64,000 nt of DNA from Nitrospirota bacterium (GTDB taxonomy: Bacteria > Nitrospirota > UBA9217): NCBI GenBank assembly GCA_963749655.1, contig CAVVOB010000023.1, forward strand, positions 79,819 to 143,818, written 5' to 3'. A model generated the notes under the pieces. The model ran no database searches and was not told the origin of the DNA. It saw only the letters and a list, made by a program, of their open reading frames with translations. Every line of letters starts with the position of its first letter. The stretch's first letter is position 1. Below, piece after piece: positions 51,380 through 60,258 of this stretch. A program made the position numbers and the translations under genes.

Positions 51380-51498
51380 TTGAACTTCATTATTCACTGC
51401 TGTATATTATTTCCAAGCCGCAAGGCTGGTGGTCCATTACCTATGGTTCAGGACCGTGGCAGCGCCTCAGTCGCCGTTAAGACTGGGGCTTTTTTTAT
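51380..51498 (+). ncRNA. Candidate ~85-nt small RNA with its own promoter and terminator
   Basis: TTGAAC-N17-TATATT, then AGCC-GCAA-GGCT and GGTCC...GGACC hairpins, then the terminator GCCTCAGTC..GACTGGGGC-TTTTTTT. Confidence 0.5.
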
Positions 51499-51557
51499 TG
51501 ATTCTTTCCCCAAAGGGAGAGGGCTGGTGTAGGGAAAGAAAGTCGGAGAGGGTATTC

Positions 51558-51752
51558 TTACTTTTGTTTCTCTTCAACAACAATATCTTCCGGCTTAATC
51601 AAGACAACCTTGCCGTCACGCCACGCCGCAACGGGATTCCCGGCTTTTTTGTGCTGCAAAAGAGCCTGCTGTACGGCCTTTTTTAAAGCCTTATCGATTT
51701 CCTTGCCCTCATGGAAAAGTTCATCAATTGTTTTCTTTTCTGCAACGCTCAT
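51558..51752 (-). CDS. Small protein (64 aa), partner of the zeta-like kinase
   Basis: AVQQALLQHKKAGNPVAAWRDGKVVLI. Confidence 0.8.
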   Translation of the reverse strand: MSVAEKKTIDELFHEGKEIDKALKKAVQQALLQHKKAGNPVAAWRDGKVVLIKPEDIVVEEKQK

Positions 51753-52335
51753 ATTCTTCCACCTCTAATCAAACTCCACGTTTTTGGATCGTAAATAGTT
51801 TCGTTTGCATCTCCCCTTCCGTCGGCAACGATGCGTGGCCAGGACGGTCCGAATTATCGTATATTCGCCATGTGTCCGTCAGTGGCCGGTAGAGCCGGAA
51901 GAAGTTCTCGATACCCTTATTATACCGCCTCCGAATGGTTTCCTCAGCCACGTCATGCCCGCCCATGCGGACTCGTTCGGCCACGCGGGCAACGGCAAAA
52001 CCCGCGCTCGGAAGCCACAGGAACACCAGGTGGAAAGTATACCCGCTTTGCTTCAGTTTTGCAATCCAGGGCGCAAAGGACCTGCTCGCCAGCGTTGTCT
52101 CAAATGCGAAATCCACGCGCTCGTTGGCAAGATAATGCAGCCGCTCCAGCATGACCCGGCCTGCATGGAACGCCGCGCTCTCTGGCTGGAACGCGGAGAG
52201 CCCCAGGGCGATGACGTCGGCATTCACGAACTCCGTTACTCCCAGCGTCCCCTTGAGCAGCATCGGCGCTGTCGTCGATTTCCCGGCCCCGTTTGGTCCG
52301 GCTATGACAATGACGTGCGGATTCTTTTCTGACAT
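51749..52335 (-). CDS. Zeta-toxin/AAA_33-family P-loop protein (probable C-terminal frameshift)
   Basis: IAGPNGAGKST, FVNAD.IA, FAFETTLA, RVAERVRMGGHD; the corrected frame ends in an ATGA overlap with the next gene. Confidence 0.88.
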
Positions 52336-52402
52336 CAGTTCAACCTCTCGAAGTAAACAACATGAACAAATTCAAATCGCCCCGAACTGCCTTTACTCAT
52401 CA

Positions 52403-52450
52403 GTTACCATACAATGTCTCATATTCTGATCCCTGTATGGTAACGGCCAA
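52403..52450 (-). promoter_or_regulatory. IR-promoter module P4
   Basis: GTTACCATACA-N20-TGTATGGTAAC (52403-52444); TTGGCC-N16-CAGAAT. Confidence 0.85.
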
Positions 52451-52477
52451 GGGATGTTTGAGCGTTTTGATCTGTTT

Positions 52478-52821
52478 AGGCCGAGCAGCCTTTTTTCCAA
52501 TGACAACGTCTTTCTCCATAGCTCCTCGCCCTCGGAGGGAGAGGAATTCAAAGGTGAGGGTGAAAAGTCTTTGCCCAGGCTTTCGAGCATGTGGCGGTAG
52601 TGGTCGAAAAGATCATCGCCGTCCTTCTTTAAGAGCGTGGGCCAGTTGTACTTCGCAGGCACTGCACTCGGTTGGTTGTAAGGCGGCTTCGTACGCTCGT
52701 CTGCCATCTTGAGGAATAGTAAATAGGTCAACTGCTCCACGTAATCGCCGTAGCTCATCCCGTCGTCCCGGAGGACGTTACAGTAGTTCCAGAGTTTTGA
52801 TACGATTGCCGCTGGTGTCAT
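52478..52821 (-). pseudogene. hsdM: hsdM 5' fragment (allele 3) with REP insertion after LESLG
   Basis: Protein identical to the hsdM N-terminus up to HMLESLG but with many synonymous changes; residual EK.LLGL after the insert. Confidence 0.9.
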
Positions 52822-52853
52822 TGATAATTCCTTTAAAAGGCCAAAGATACTCG

Positions 52854-53002
52854 ATCAAACAGCGTGTAATTCCTTGCCACGCAGGATCTTCTTGAGGAAC
52901 GCGATCCGTTTCTTCGCCTCAGACAGAAGGGTGCGGTACCGCGCCCGATCTTCCTTGAGGGCGTCATAATACTTGATATCTTTGCCGAACAGCTTGCCTT
53001 TG
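52854..53002 (-). pseudogene. 3' remnant of the 107-aa gene (copy of about 43194-43342)
   Basis: Near-identical DNA; truncated ~13 bp from the TIR of the adjacent HUH element. Confidence 0.85.
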
Positions 53003-53015
53003 AACCTGCCTAAGT

Positions 53016-53937
53016 GTCAGGTCTTTTATTTTGGTGTTACGCCTTCCCTCTCACCAGATTGCTGATCGTTGAATAATGCATATTCAGATGAGCGGCTATC
53101 TGCTGCTGAGTATAACCATATTTCTGCACGGCATCAATGATCTTCTTATCTCGTTTTCTCTTGTCCAGTATCACATTTTTCGGAATATCTTGTCGAGAGA
53201 CGGTCTGTTCACATACCGATGACTCTTGGGTATTTCAGGAATGTCCTGATGTTTCCTGATATGGGAGATGAGCCCCTCCACAAAATCGTCTTCACCCAGA
53301 ATAGACTGTCCCTTTACCTCTCTCCAGATAGTCTCCTTGCCGATTCCCCATTCGACGAATTGCCGGTATTCTTGCTCGGCCTTTGCCCTCTTTCTACTGA
53401 ATTGTCCAAGGATCCAGTCCGTGGTCAGACACGGTGCTGGTGATTCCCGCCCCGCTGTGGCACGGTAGCTGGACCATTTCCAGACTTCCGGTCGTTCAAC
53501 CATCCGTGCCCGGACAGGATTTAATACCACGTACCGGCAAACTTCGAGAAGATGACTGTCTTTCTGAATAAGAATCGATTTGTATCGGCCCTGGAACAGA
53601 TGGCCAGTCCTTTGATGACGTTTATTAAAAAGCTGTGTATAGACCCCGTTCAACTGCCGCATTCCAAGTGAAAGATTGCCGTCAGGCGTCTCGATCAAGA
53701 GGTGATAATGGTTGTCCATCATGCAGTAGGCATGGCAGAGCCAGTTATACCGCTTATTGACATGCTGGAGCGTGTTCAGGAAGTTGATGCGGTCCTGGTC
53801 GTCTTTGAAGACGGCCTTCTTTTCATTGCCGCGGGAGGTGATGTGATAGACGGCACCGGCGTATTCTATGCGGAGGGGACGGGTCATGGGGGGAATTTAG
53901 CAAAGAACAGGAAGAATGTCAAATTAAAAGACCTGAC
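53016..53937 (-). mobile_element. TIR-flanked HUH/Y1 transposase element no. 1 (CDS 53037-53887, frameshift near 53180)
   Basis: Close paralog of 46259-47110; TIRs GTCAGGTCTTTTATTTTG (53016-53033) and CAAATTAAAAGACCTGAC (53920-53937). Confidence 0.9.
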
Positions 53938-54040
53938 CCTATAGACTCCCGGCGTTATTATCATAACAACTGTCGTTAATCGCCCAAGAGTTCATAAATG
54001 TTCAACCCTTTCAAAAAAGTGCGACGTTTAGCTAAATATA

Positions 54041-56038
54041 TTAGCTGCCAATCCCAAGTTTTTCAAAGAATGCCTTATGTCGTTGTTTAGCGTCCAGGAC
54101 AATCTTGTCAAACGCGATTATTTCAATATGCGCATTATGGTTACGGTTGTAATTGTAATAGCCTAATTCACCTTGAAGCTTGGCATAGTTACCATTCTCT
54201 GCAAACTCAGTAATTTGGGAGGTTATATCGCAAATGGCGTAACAGTAAAAACGGGTTGTATCGTCTACCGTGACAGGTCGACCATTAGTTTGCCATATAC
54301 CACTCTTACGAATATCCCGAACATATCTAAATAACTGTTTCGTCGGGTCCTCGTCAAATTTCTTTCTTTGTGGCTTCTTAAATTCAAGCAAAGAAACAAC
54401 TCGTGCTCGTCGGTCGTCACCCACTTCTGAGTAGATCAATATGTCGGGGCGATCTTTGCTGTTAGATGTTGTGACATCGCATAGGCGTTTGTCCGAAGCA
54501 GCACACGCATGGAACGCCAGAAGTTCGTCAACAAGCCACAGGTTGTGATTCTCATATGAAATAATATCGGTATCAGCTTTGCGGGGAAAGACGATATCAT
54601 GAACAATATCTTCCTTGCTATATTTTTTATCTTTATTAAGTTCAAGTTTTTTATCAAGCAGATCGATTATCAATTTTCGGAAAAGCACATACCCTGCCAG
54701 TTGATCTTTCTGAAAGTCTTCCAACTTACCTGTAAGTTCATCGTACTGGGATTTTATTTCATCAACACTTGTTGCTTGCGTCCTAAGAAGTTTCTCACTA
54801 TTCTTCTTTATCTCATATTCTGCTTTTCCCTTGTAGGAATATAGAACTTGAGTCATCTTTTCATCAGAGGTATTCAGTTCAATGTCTTTAAGTGCCTCCG
54901 GACAGTACTTCACAACGGCACGCAACATCGGCGATTCATTCTGGGTATACTTTGCGATTCTCTCAGCTTTCTGTGTTTCAACGAAAGTGATAACCTTCGC
55001 AAGATGATTCTTTGCGCGGCTCACAACTTCCTGCTGAATTTCATTCATTGTAATTTCTTTATTGCTGTTTGTGAGTAGATTTGGCTCAGATGGAATAGTG
55101 AACTCTTGTCGATACTCATCGACATTTTCATCTAAGAATGGTGAGGTAATGTAAGCTGAGTAGAAATATTTATCGCCGTCGTCATCAAACTGAATTGAGG
55201 TACCAAGTAAGCTGCCAATCGATATTCTTTTTACATCCCTTCCATGTGCACAATAAACAAGCTGATGTGTTTGTGCGCGAGTTCCGTAAAGACGAATATG
55301 ATGAACTGAAAATGGCTTAGATTGTATCTCAATGTGTTCGGTCGTAATGTTGCCTTTGATATCGTTGAATAAATCATGAAGGTTTATTGCGCGATCAGCG
55401 GAATCATCAATAATTTGGATTGTAGGCGCCAAATCGCTTATAAATCTTGCAAGGCAATGCTCGAATACACGCTGTGCAATTTTTGTGGATGTCTTGTACG
55501 CACTTGGCTGTTTTCTGTAATCTTCATTGAATCCAATAAGACGAACTACAGTTTGTCTCTTTTTCGCTTTTGAGATTTCAACAGGCTGCTCTTGGACGCC
55601 TTTATCAATTGAAAAAATAATATTTCTATCAGCCAGTGCACTCTCTTGGTGTTGAAAGGTGCTTGCAATTTCGACGAGATCAAATGCTTTAAGCCACAGG
55701 AACCTCCCAATGCCTTTTCCACCCTTAACAAGTTTGTATGTTGAATCTGCGGTTTGGAAGGAATCAAAATTTTCATTAGTAAAGCCGATACCATTGTCCT
55801 CGATGTCGAATCCAGTTATATTAGGTAGCGTATCATCACCCTCTAATCCAAGCGAGGTTTGGTTTAAGTCCCGCTTAACTCGAATCGTTATCAATCCCTT
55901 TGATAAGTCACCAGCCTCCTCTATTGCCTGGATAGAATTTATAACTGCTTCGAATACTGGTAGTAGTGCCTCTGATTTAAAATGTCGAAGGTTTCGAATT
56001 TTCCCTTGGAGACTGGCTTTAAGCATTACATCCGACAT
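54041..56038 (-). CDS. GHKL (HATPase_c/MORC-like) ATPase with C-terminal PD-(D/E)xK-like domain
   Basis: EAVINSIQA, IEDNGIGF, GGKGIGRF; C-terminal RPDILIY...LLEFKKP; AT-rich. Confidence 0.8.
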   Translation of the reverse strand: MSDVMLKASLQGKIRNLRHFKSEALLPVFEAVINSIQAIEEAGDLSKGLITIRVKRDLNQTSLGLEGDDTLPNITGFDIEDNGIGFTNENFDSFQTADSTYKLVKGGKGIGRFLWLKAFDLVEIASTFQHQESALADRNIIFSIDKGVQEQPVEISKAKKRQTVVRLIGFNEDYRKQPSAYKTSTKIAQRVFEHCLARFISDLAPTIQIIDDSADRAINLHDLFNDIKGNITTEHIEIQSKPFSVHHIRLYGTRAQTHQLVYCAHGRDVKRISIGSLLGTSIQFDDDGDKYFYSAYITSPFLDENVDEYRQEFTIPSEPNLLTNSNKEITMNEIQQEVVSRAKNHLAKVITFVETQKAERIAKYTQNESPMLRAVVKYCPEALKDIELNTSDEKMTQVLYSYKGKAEYEIKKNSEKLLRTQATSVDEIKSQYDELTGKLEDFQKDQLAGYVLFRKLIIDLLDKKLELNKDKKYSKEDIVHDIVFPRKADTDIISYENHNLWLVDELLAFHACAASDKRLCDVTTSNSKDRPDILIYSEVGDDRRARVVSLLEFKKPQRKKFDEDPTKQLFRYVRDIRKSGIWQTNGRPVTVDDTTRFYCYAICDITSQITEFAENGNYAKLQGELGYYNYNRNHNAHIEIIAFDKIVLDAKQRHKAFFEKLGIGS

Positions 56039-56065
56039 GATTTGACCCCCATCGATTGATTCACA

Positions 56066-57340
56066 TTAATTGCTCTGGGATAGACCACCAGAAAATGCTT
56101 TTGCTAGGATAGTCTGCCGCAGCCGCTCGGCACGTTGAACATTGACCTCAGATGTTGCTTCTACCTCCTCAGTTACACTCAAGCGTTGTTCTACCTCAGC
56201 AACGATGCGCACTTGTTCAGCAAGCGGAGGGATAGGAATAATTAATTCACGAAAACGCTTTTGCGTGAGATTCAAGCCGCTATCACTGATACCTGTCTTC
56301 AATTCATCGAGTTCGTCGACAATGTGCGGCGCATTGAGCACAAGTTCTAAGTAAGATGGGATAGCTATATCGCTTTTAGCTCGAAGTCTATAAACCTTGT
56401 CACAATTTATTAAGCGAGACCGCGTAGTCTTTACAAGACATGCGACACCGACACGTGTTCGCGGCCCAGCTCGTGTTATCAGCAAATCACCAGCGGACAG
56501 CTCAAGATGTGGACGCGGTTTCAACTTCGCGGGGAGCCGCTTATTTTCAATTTCGAGGAAGCGAAGTGACTGAACTGCCGTTGTTTTAATTACACCCCAT
56601 ACTGCGGGACTGTCGGACGGTTCATTCTCGCATCGTGGGCTCCATCCTTGATCTAGCGATTCAATAGCTACATCAATTGGCTGGTGTTTCCAGCTTTTAT
56701 AACTCTTGAGCCCATTAACGGCGGTGAGTGTGCCCTCGACTGCGGCTTTGAGAACAGCGGCTTTGTAGCGTTTAAGGTTCGCCTTGACGCGCTTGAGATT
56801 GGCGACGGCTTCGTCCAGACGGGAGAATTGCTTTTCGATCTCGGCGACGATGCTTCGTTGCTGCTCAAGAGGTGCGAGCGGTATTTGCAGCTGTGCAAGC
56901 TTCGTCCCGTTAACATTTGGTTGCCCAATACCAGCTTGGCTTTCACTAATTTGCTTCCAGTACTGAGAGGACTTGAAGAAGTAATCTATATAGCGTGATT
57001 CAATCTCAGGCTTCAATCGCACCCTGATTAAATAGGAAGCAAAGACAGACTCCGGAATCTTTTCTTTAATCAGAAAGCTTTTACCGACGGTCGCGCCAGT
57101 TCGCGCAAAAACGATGTCACCCTGTTTAAGCAAGTATTTGGATTTATCTTTAGCTTCAACCTTACAGAAAGGCACCGCATTCCAGTCAACGTTGTTGTCT
57201 TGAATATCAGTTATTCGCAGAAAACGCGGTCCGACTGGTTTCTCCGCAGCGCTCGTCGTGTAACCATATTGAATCGCAGTGGCTATATCCGCCAGTTTTA
57301 CGACGGACCATGAATTTGGCATGTTGATACTTTTGTTCAC
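56066..57340 (-). CDS. hsdS: Type I R-M specificity subunit HsdS
   Basis: Two TRDs with IPLAPLEQQRSIV / IPIPPLAEQVRIV and LKAAVEG / ILAKAFSG conserved regions. Confidence 0.95.
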   Translation of the reverse strand: MNKSINMPNSWSVVKLADIATAIQYGYTTSAAEKPVGPRFLRITDIQDNNVDWNAVPFCKVEAKDKSKYLLKQGDIVFARTGATVGKSFLIKEKIPESVFASYLIRVRLKPEIESRYIDYFFKSSQYWKQISESQAGIGQPNVNGTKLAQLQIPLAPLEQQRSIVAEIEKQFSRLDEAVANLKRVKANLKRYKAAVLKAAVEGTLTAVNGLKSYKSWKHQPIDVAIESLDQGWSPRCENEPSDSPAVWGVIKTTAVQSLRFLEIENKRLPAKLKPRPHLELSAGDLLITRAGPRTRVGVACLVKTTRSRLINCDKVYRLRAKSDIAIPSYLELVLNAPHIVDELDELKTGISDSGLNLTQKRFRELIIPIPPLAEQVRIVAEVEQRLSVTEEVEATSEVNVQRAERLRQTILAKAFSGGLSQSN

Positions 57341-60258
57341 GCTGCCAATACTCCATTCAATTCTTCGAGAATCGTATCCAGGCTATCCCCAAAGACTTGG
57401 TGAACCTTTCCAAGACCACCCTCCTGCGCAAATGGAGCAAGATCAAAGTCATCTGCTTCAATGCTCAGGTTCGCTGCGACATGGTCCCGGATCATTTCGA
57501 GCCAGCGCCGCTGCTCGGGTGTGAATTTATCTTTGTGTCCTGCCATCCATTTCTCAAAATTTGCATTCACCCGCTCAGGGAACGGGACAAGTTCATCGTC
57601 CCTGTGCATGGCAAAACGGACGAGAGACACAAGGTCCGTGAGGATATGCGGGGCGCTGGCGCCTTTGACCTTTGATTTCTCCAATGCTGCATAGGCATTC
57701 CAGAGATTATCCACTCTCCATTGATGCGGCGGCTTCTCAATACGGCTTGCAAGGTCTTTGATATCTTCGTACCGCAATCGCTGCTTATAGGGCTTGCTAT
57801 AGAGCACCTGGAGCGCGGTGATCTCGTCCTTATGGTCTTTTATGAACTGCTCGAATGACTGCACCAGGCCTTTTGCCTTTTCCAAAGCCTGCGCGCTGAA
57901 GCCTGCCTCTATAACCCGGTCTTTGCTCACAACATCGATCGTCTGCTCGCTCTTCTTCTTGAGTTCAACAAGCAGCTTACGAAGCTCAGGATTGTGCAAC
58001 GGCTTTACTGCTTCTTGGATCAGCTTGGCAGCAGCATTTTGAATCTGTGCCTCACTCGGTTCCGACACTCCCGGGTTATCCAGCTTCGCCCGTTCAACCT
58101 GCCGGTCCGGATCGATGGCAGTGATGAGACCTGCGCACAGGATTTTCAGACTCTTGTCCGCAAGCTTCCTGATCTCTGCCTGGTCATCAGCGCTGATCGC
58201 GTGCTCCATGCGCGCCATGCGCACGGCTATGGAGGAGATCACCTCGGGCTCGATATTTCCGAGCGAGACGGATTGGAGCAGCTTTTCGAAGGACACATTG
58301 CGCTTCTTCTCCATGGGCCGCGAATCGGTTTTGTCCTGCTCGCACACGCCCACGGCATCGACGATGATGAAATGGTCCTTGGCCCTGGCATCGGGAGTGA
58401 CTGCCTTCAGGTCGTCGTCATTGATCACGCGCACGCCGCGGCCCTTCATCTGCTCGAAGAAGCTCCGGGACTTTACCGAGCGCATGAAGAGCACAACTTC
58501 GAGGGGCTTGATATCCGTGCCGGTGGCGATCATGTCGACAGTGACGGCGATGCGCGGCATGGGGCTGGTGCGGAATTCGGCGATCAGGTCCTCCGGCTTT
58601 CTGCCGGTGGTCTTGTAGGTTATCTTCTGGCAGAAGTCATTGCCTTTGGCGAACTCCTCGCGCACGATCTTGACGATATCCTCGGCATGGGAGTCGTCCT
58701 TGGCAAAGATAAGCGTCTTGGGTACCCAGGTCCTTCCCGGGAAGATCTCGGTCAATACCTTGTCCTTGTAGGTCCGGACCACGGTGCGTATCTGGTCAGG
58801 CGTGACAACGGCCCGGTCGAGCTGGTCAGGATCGTAGGCCAGGTCCTCGTCGAGCCGCTCCCACCGTATCTGTCGTGTTTCGCGGTCGCGCTTGTCCACG
58901 TAAAAGCCGGCCTCGACCTTCCCCCCGCCTTCGGTGATCGCGGTCTTGATGCGGTAAACATCGTAGTTCACGTTCACGCCGTCGGCTACTGCCTGCTCGT
59001 GGCCGTACTCCATCACGAGATTCTGATGGAAGAACCCGAAGGTCTGCTTGTTCGGCGTGGCGGTCAGGCCGATGATGGATGCGTCGAAGTATTCGAGCAC
59101 CTGGCGCCAGAGGTTGTAGATGGAGCGGTGACATTCGTCGGTCACGATGATGTCGAAGGTCTCGATGGGGATTGCGGGGTTGTATTCCAGGGGTGGGACT
59201 TCCTTGTAAACCTTTTCCAGCCCCTGCGCGGACTCCTCGTCCGCTTCTTCGGGCAATGCCTCGCCTTTGAGCATGGAGTAGAGTCTCTGTATTGTGCAGA
59301 TGCAGACCCGGGCGGTGGTATCGAGCGTATTCGACGTGAGGCGCTGGGCTATGTATTCTTCGGTGAACTTGAAGTTGTTGTAGGGCGAGAGGTACTGCTG
59401 AAATTCCTTCAAGGCCTGTCTGCCGAGATTGCCCCGGTCAACCAGGAACAGGACCCGCTTTGCCCCGCCGAACTTGATCAACCGGTACAGGAAGGTGATG
59501 GCAGTGAAGGTCTTGCCGCTTCCCGTCGCCATCTGGATGAGAGCGCGGGGGCGGTTTTCGGAAAGCGACTTTTCGAGGTTCTTGATCGCGACTATCTGTG
59601 CGGGCCAGAGGCCGTCTTCGATCAGGGGCGGCATGTTACGAACCCGTGAAAGAAACGTTTCGAGTTTGTACATCGTTTCGGGTTTGTGATAAATAGCGGC
59701 TGCTTCTGCAGCCATCCCGCCCAGATCGTCCTTCCCTGCCCTACGTACGTCATCCCCGCGAAGGCGGGGATCCAGTGTCTTTCCTGAAGAGTCCCTGGAT
59801 TCCCGATCAGGTCGGGAATGACGGCTAAGGGAGTCATATGTCAACCAATCCGCAAATGTCTCCGGCTTATGAAAGAAAAATACCTGGCGGGAACAAGGCT
59901 CGGGATCGAAGCCGTTGGTGAACCGGGTCTCCATGCCTGTAGATTGATAACAGAACGGCAGCGGACGGGTCCACGCGGGAAGACCGTCAGGCAAGCCCTT
60001 GCTGTATTTAGCTGACTGGATCTCAACGCCCGTGAGCGTGGAACCGGCTTTCTTTGCCTCGATCACCCCGGCAGCACGGCCATCGACATAGAGCAAATAA
60101 TCCGCAGTTCCGTGACCGGACTTTAGCTCGAACTCGCGGATCGCCACGCCCTGCTTCGCATAGAGGTTCACCGCCTTCGCATCCTGAACAGCCCAACCAG
60201 ACAGTTCGAGCATCTGGTCTATCTTTTCACGGGCTATGTCTTCGGGTCCGATTGGCAT
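57337..60258 (-). CDS. hsdR: Type I R-M endonuclease HsdR (EcoEI-type C-terminus) with in-frame REP insert
   Basis: ADYLL...IEAK, MATGSGKT, DECHRS, LTATP, TGTD, QMKGRG.R. Confidence 0.96.
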   Translation of the reverse strand: MPIGPEDIAREKIDQMLELSGWAVQDAKAVNLYAKQGVAIREFELKSGHGTADYLLYVDGRAAGVIEAKKAGSTLTGVEIQSAKYSKGLPDGLPAWTRPLPFCYQSTGMETRFTNGFDPEPCSRQVFFFHKPETFADWLTYDSLSRHSRPDRESRDSSGKTLDPRLRGDDVRRAGKDDLGGMAAEAAAIYHKPETMYKLETFLSRVRNMPPLIEDGLWPAQIVAIKNLEKSLSENRPRALIQMATGSGKTFTAITFLYRLIKFGGAKRVLFLVDRGNLGRQALKEFQQYLSPYNNFKFTEEYIAQRLTSNTLDTTARVCICTIQRLYSMLKGEALPEEADEESAQGLEKVYKEVPPLEYNPAIPIETFDIIVTDECHRSIYNLWRQVLEYFDASIIGLTATPNKQTFGFFHQNLVMEYGHEQAVADGVNVNYDVYRIKTAITEGGGKVEAGFYVDKRDRETRQIRWERLDEDLAYDPDQLDRAVVTPDQIRTVVRTYKDKVLTEIFPGRTWVPKTLIFAKDDSHAEDIVKIVREEFAKGNDFCQKITYKTTGRKPEDLIAEFRTSPMPRIAVTVDMIATGTDIKPLEVVLFMRSVKSRSFFEQMKGRGVRVINDDDLKAVTPDARAKDHFIIVDAVGVCEQDKTDSRPMEKKRNVSFEKLLQSVSLGNIEPEVISSIAVRMARMEHAISADDQAEIRKLADKSLKILCAGLITAIDPDRQVERAKLDNPGVSEPSEAQIQNAAAKLIQEAVKPLHNPELRKLLVELKKKSEQTIDVVSKDRVIEAGFSAQALEKAKGLVQSFEQFIKDHKDEITALQVLYSKPYKQRLRYEDIKDLASRIEKPPHQWRVDNLWNAYAALEKSKVKGASAPHILTDLVSLVRFAMHRDDELVPFPERVNANFEKWMAGHKDKFTPEQRRWLEMIRDHVAANLSIEADDFDLAPFAQEGGLGKVHQVFGDSLDTILEELNGVLAA
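59748..59823. repeat. CGTC-type REP doublet inside hsdR
   Basis: CGTCATCCCCGCGAAGGCGGGGATCCAG...CTGGATTCCCGATCAGGTCGGGAATGACG. Confidence 0.85.

Noticed and set aside
43531-52444. IR modules as a CRISPR array
   Set aside because: They are dispersed inverted repeats rather than tandem direct repeats with ~30-40-bp spacers, and no cas genes are present.
43531-52444. IR modules as canonical integron attC sites
   Set aside because: Core order is GTT...AAC rather than RYYYAAC...GTTRRRY, they are only 42 bp, no L-box extrahelical bases are evident, and there is no IntI in the window.
56066-57340. Phase-variable hsdS shufflon
   Set aside because: Only one hsdS, with no silent TRD copies, internal inverted repeats or recombinase gene visible.
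57994-59649. Long plus-strand ORFs opposite real genes (551 aa here; also 692-1804, 6083-7279, 28753-30261, 38244-39374)
   Set aside because: Antisense shadow ORFs expected from GC-rich codon bias; no recognisable motifs.
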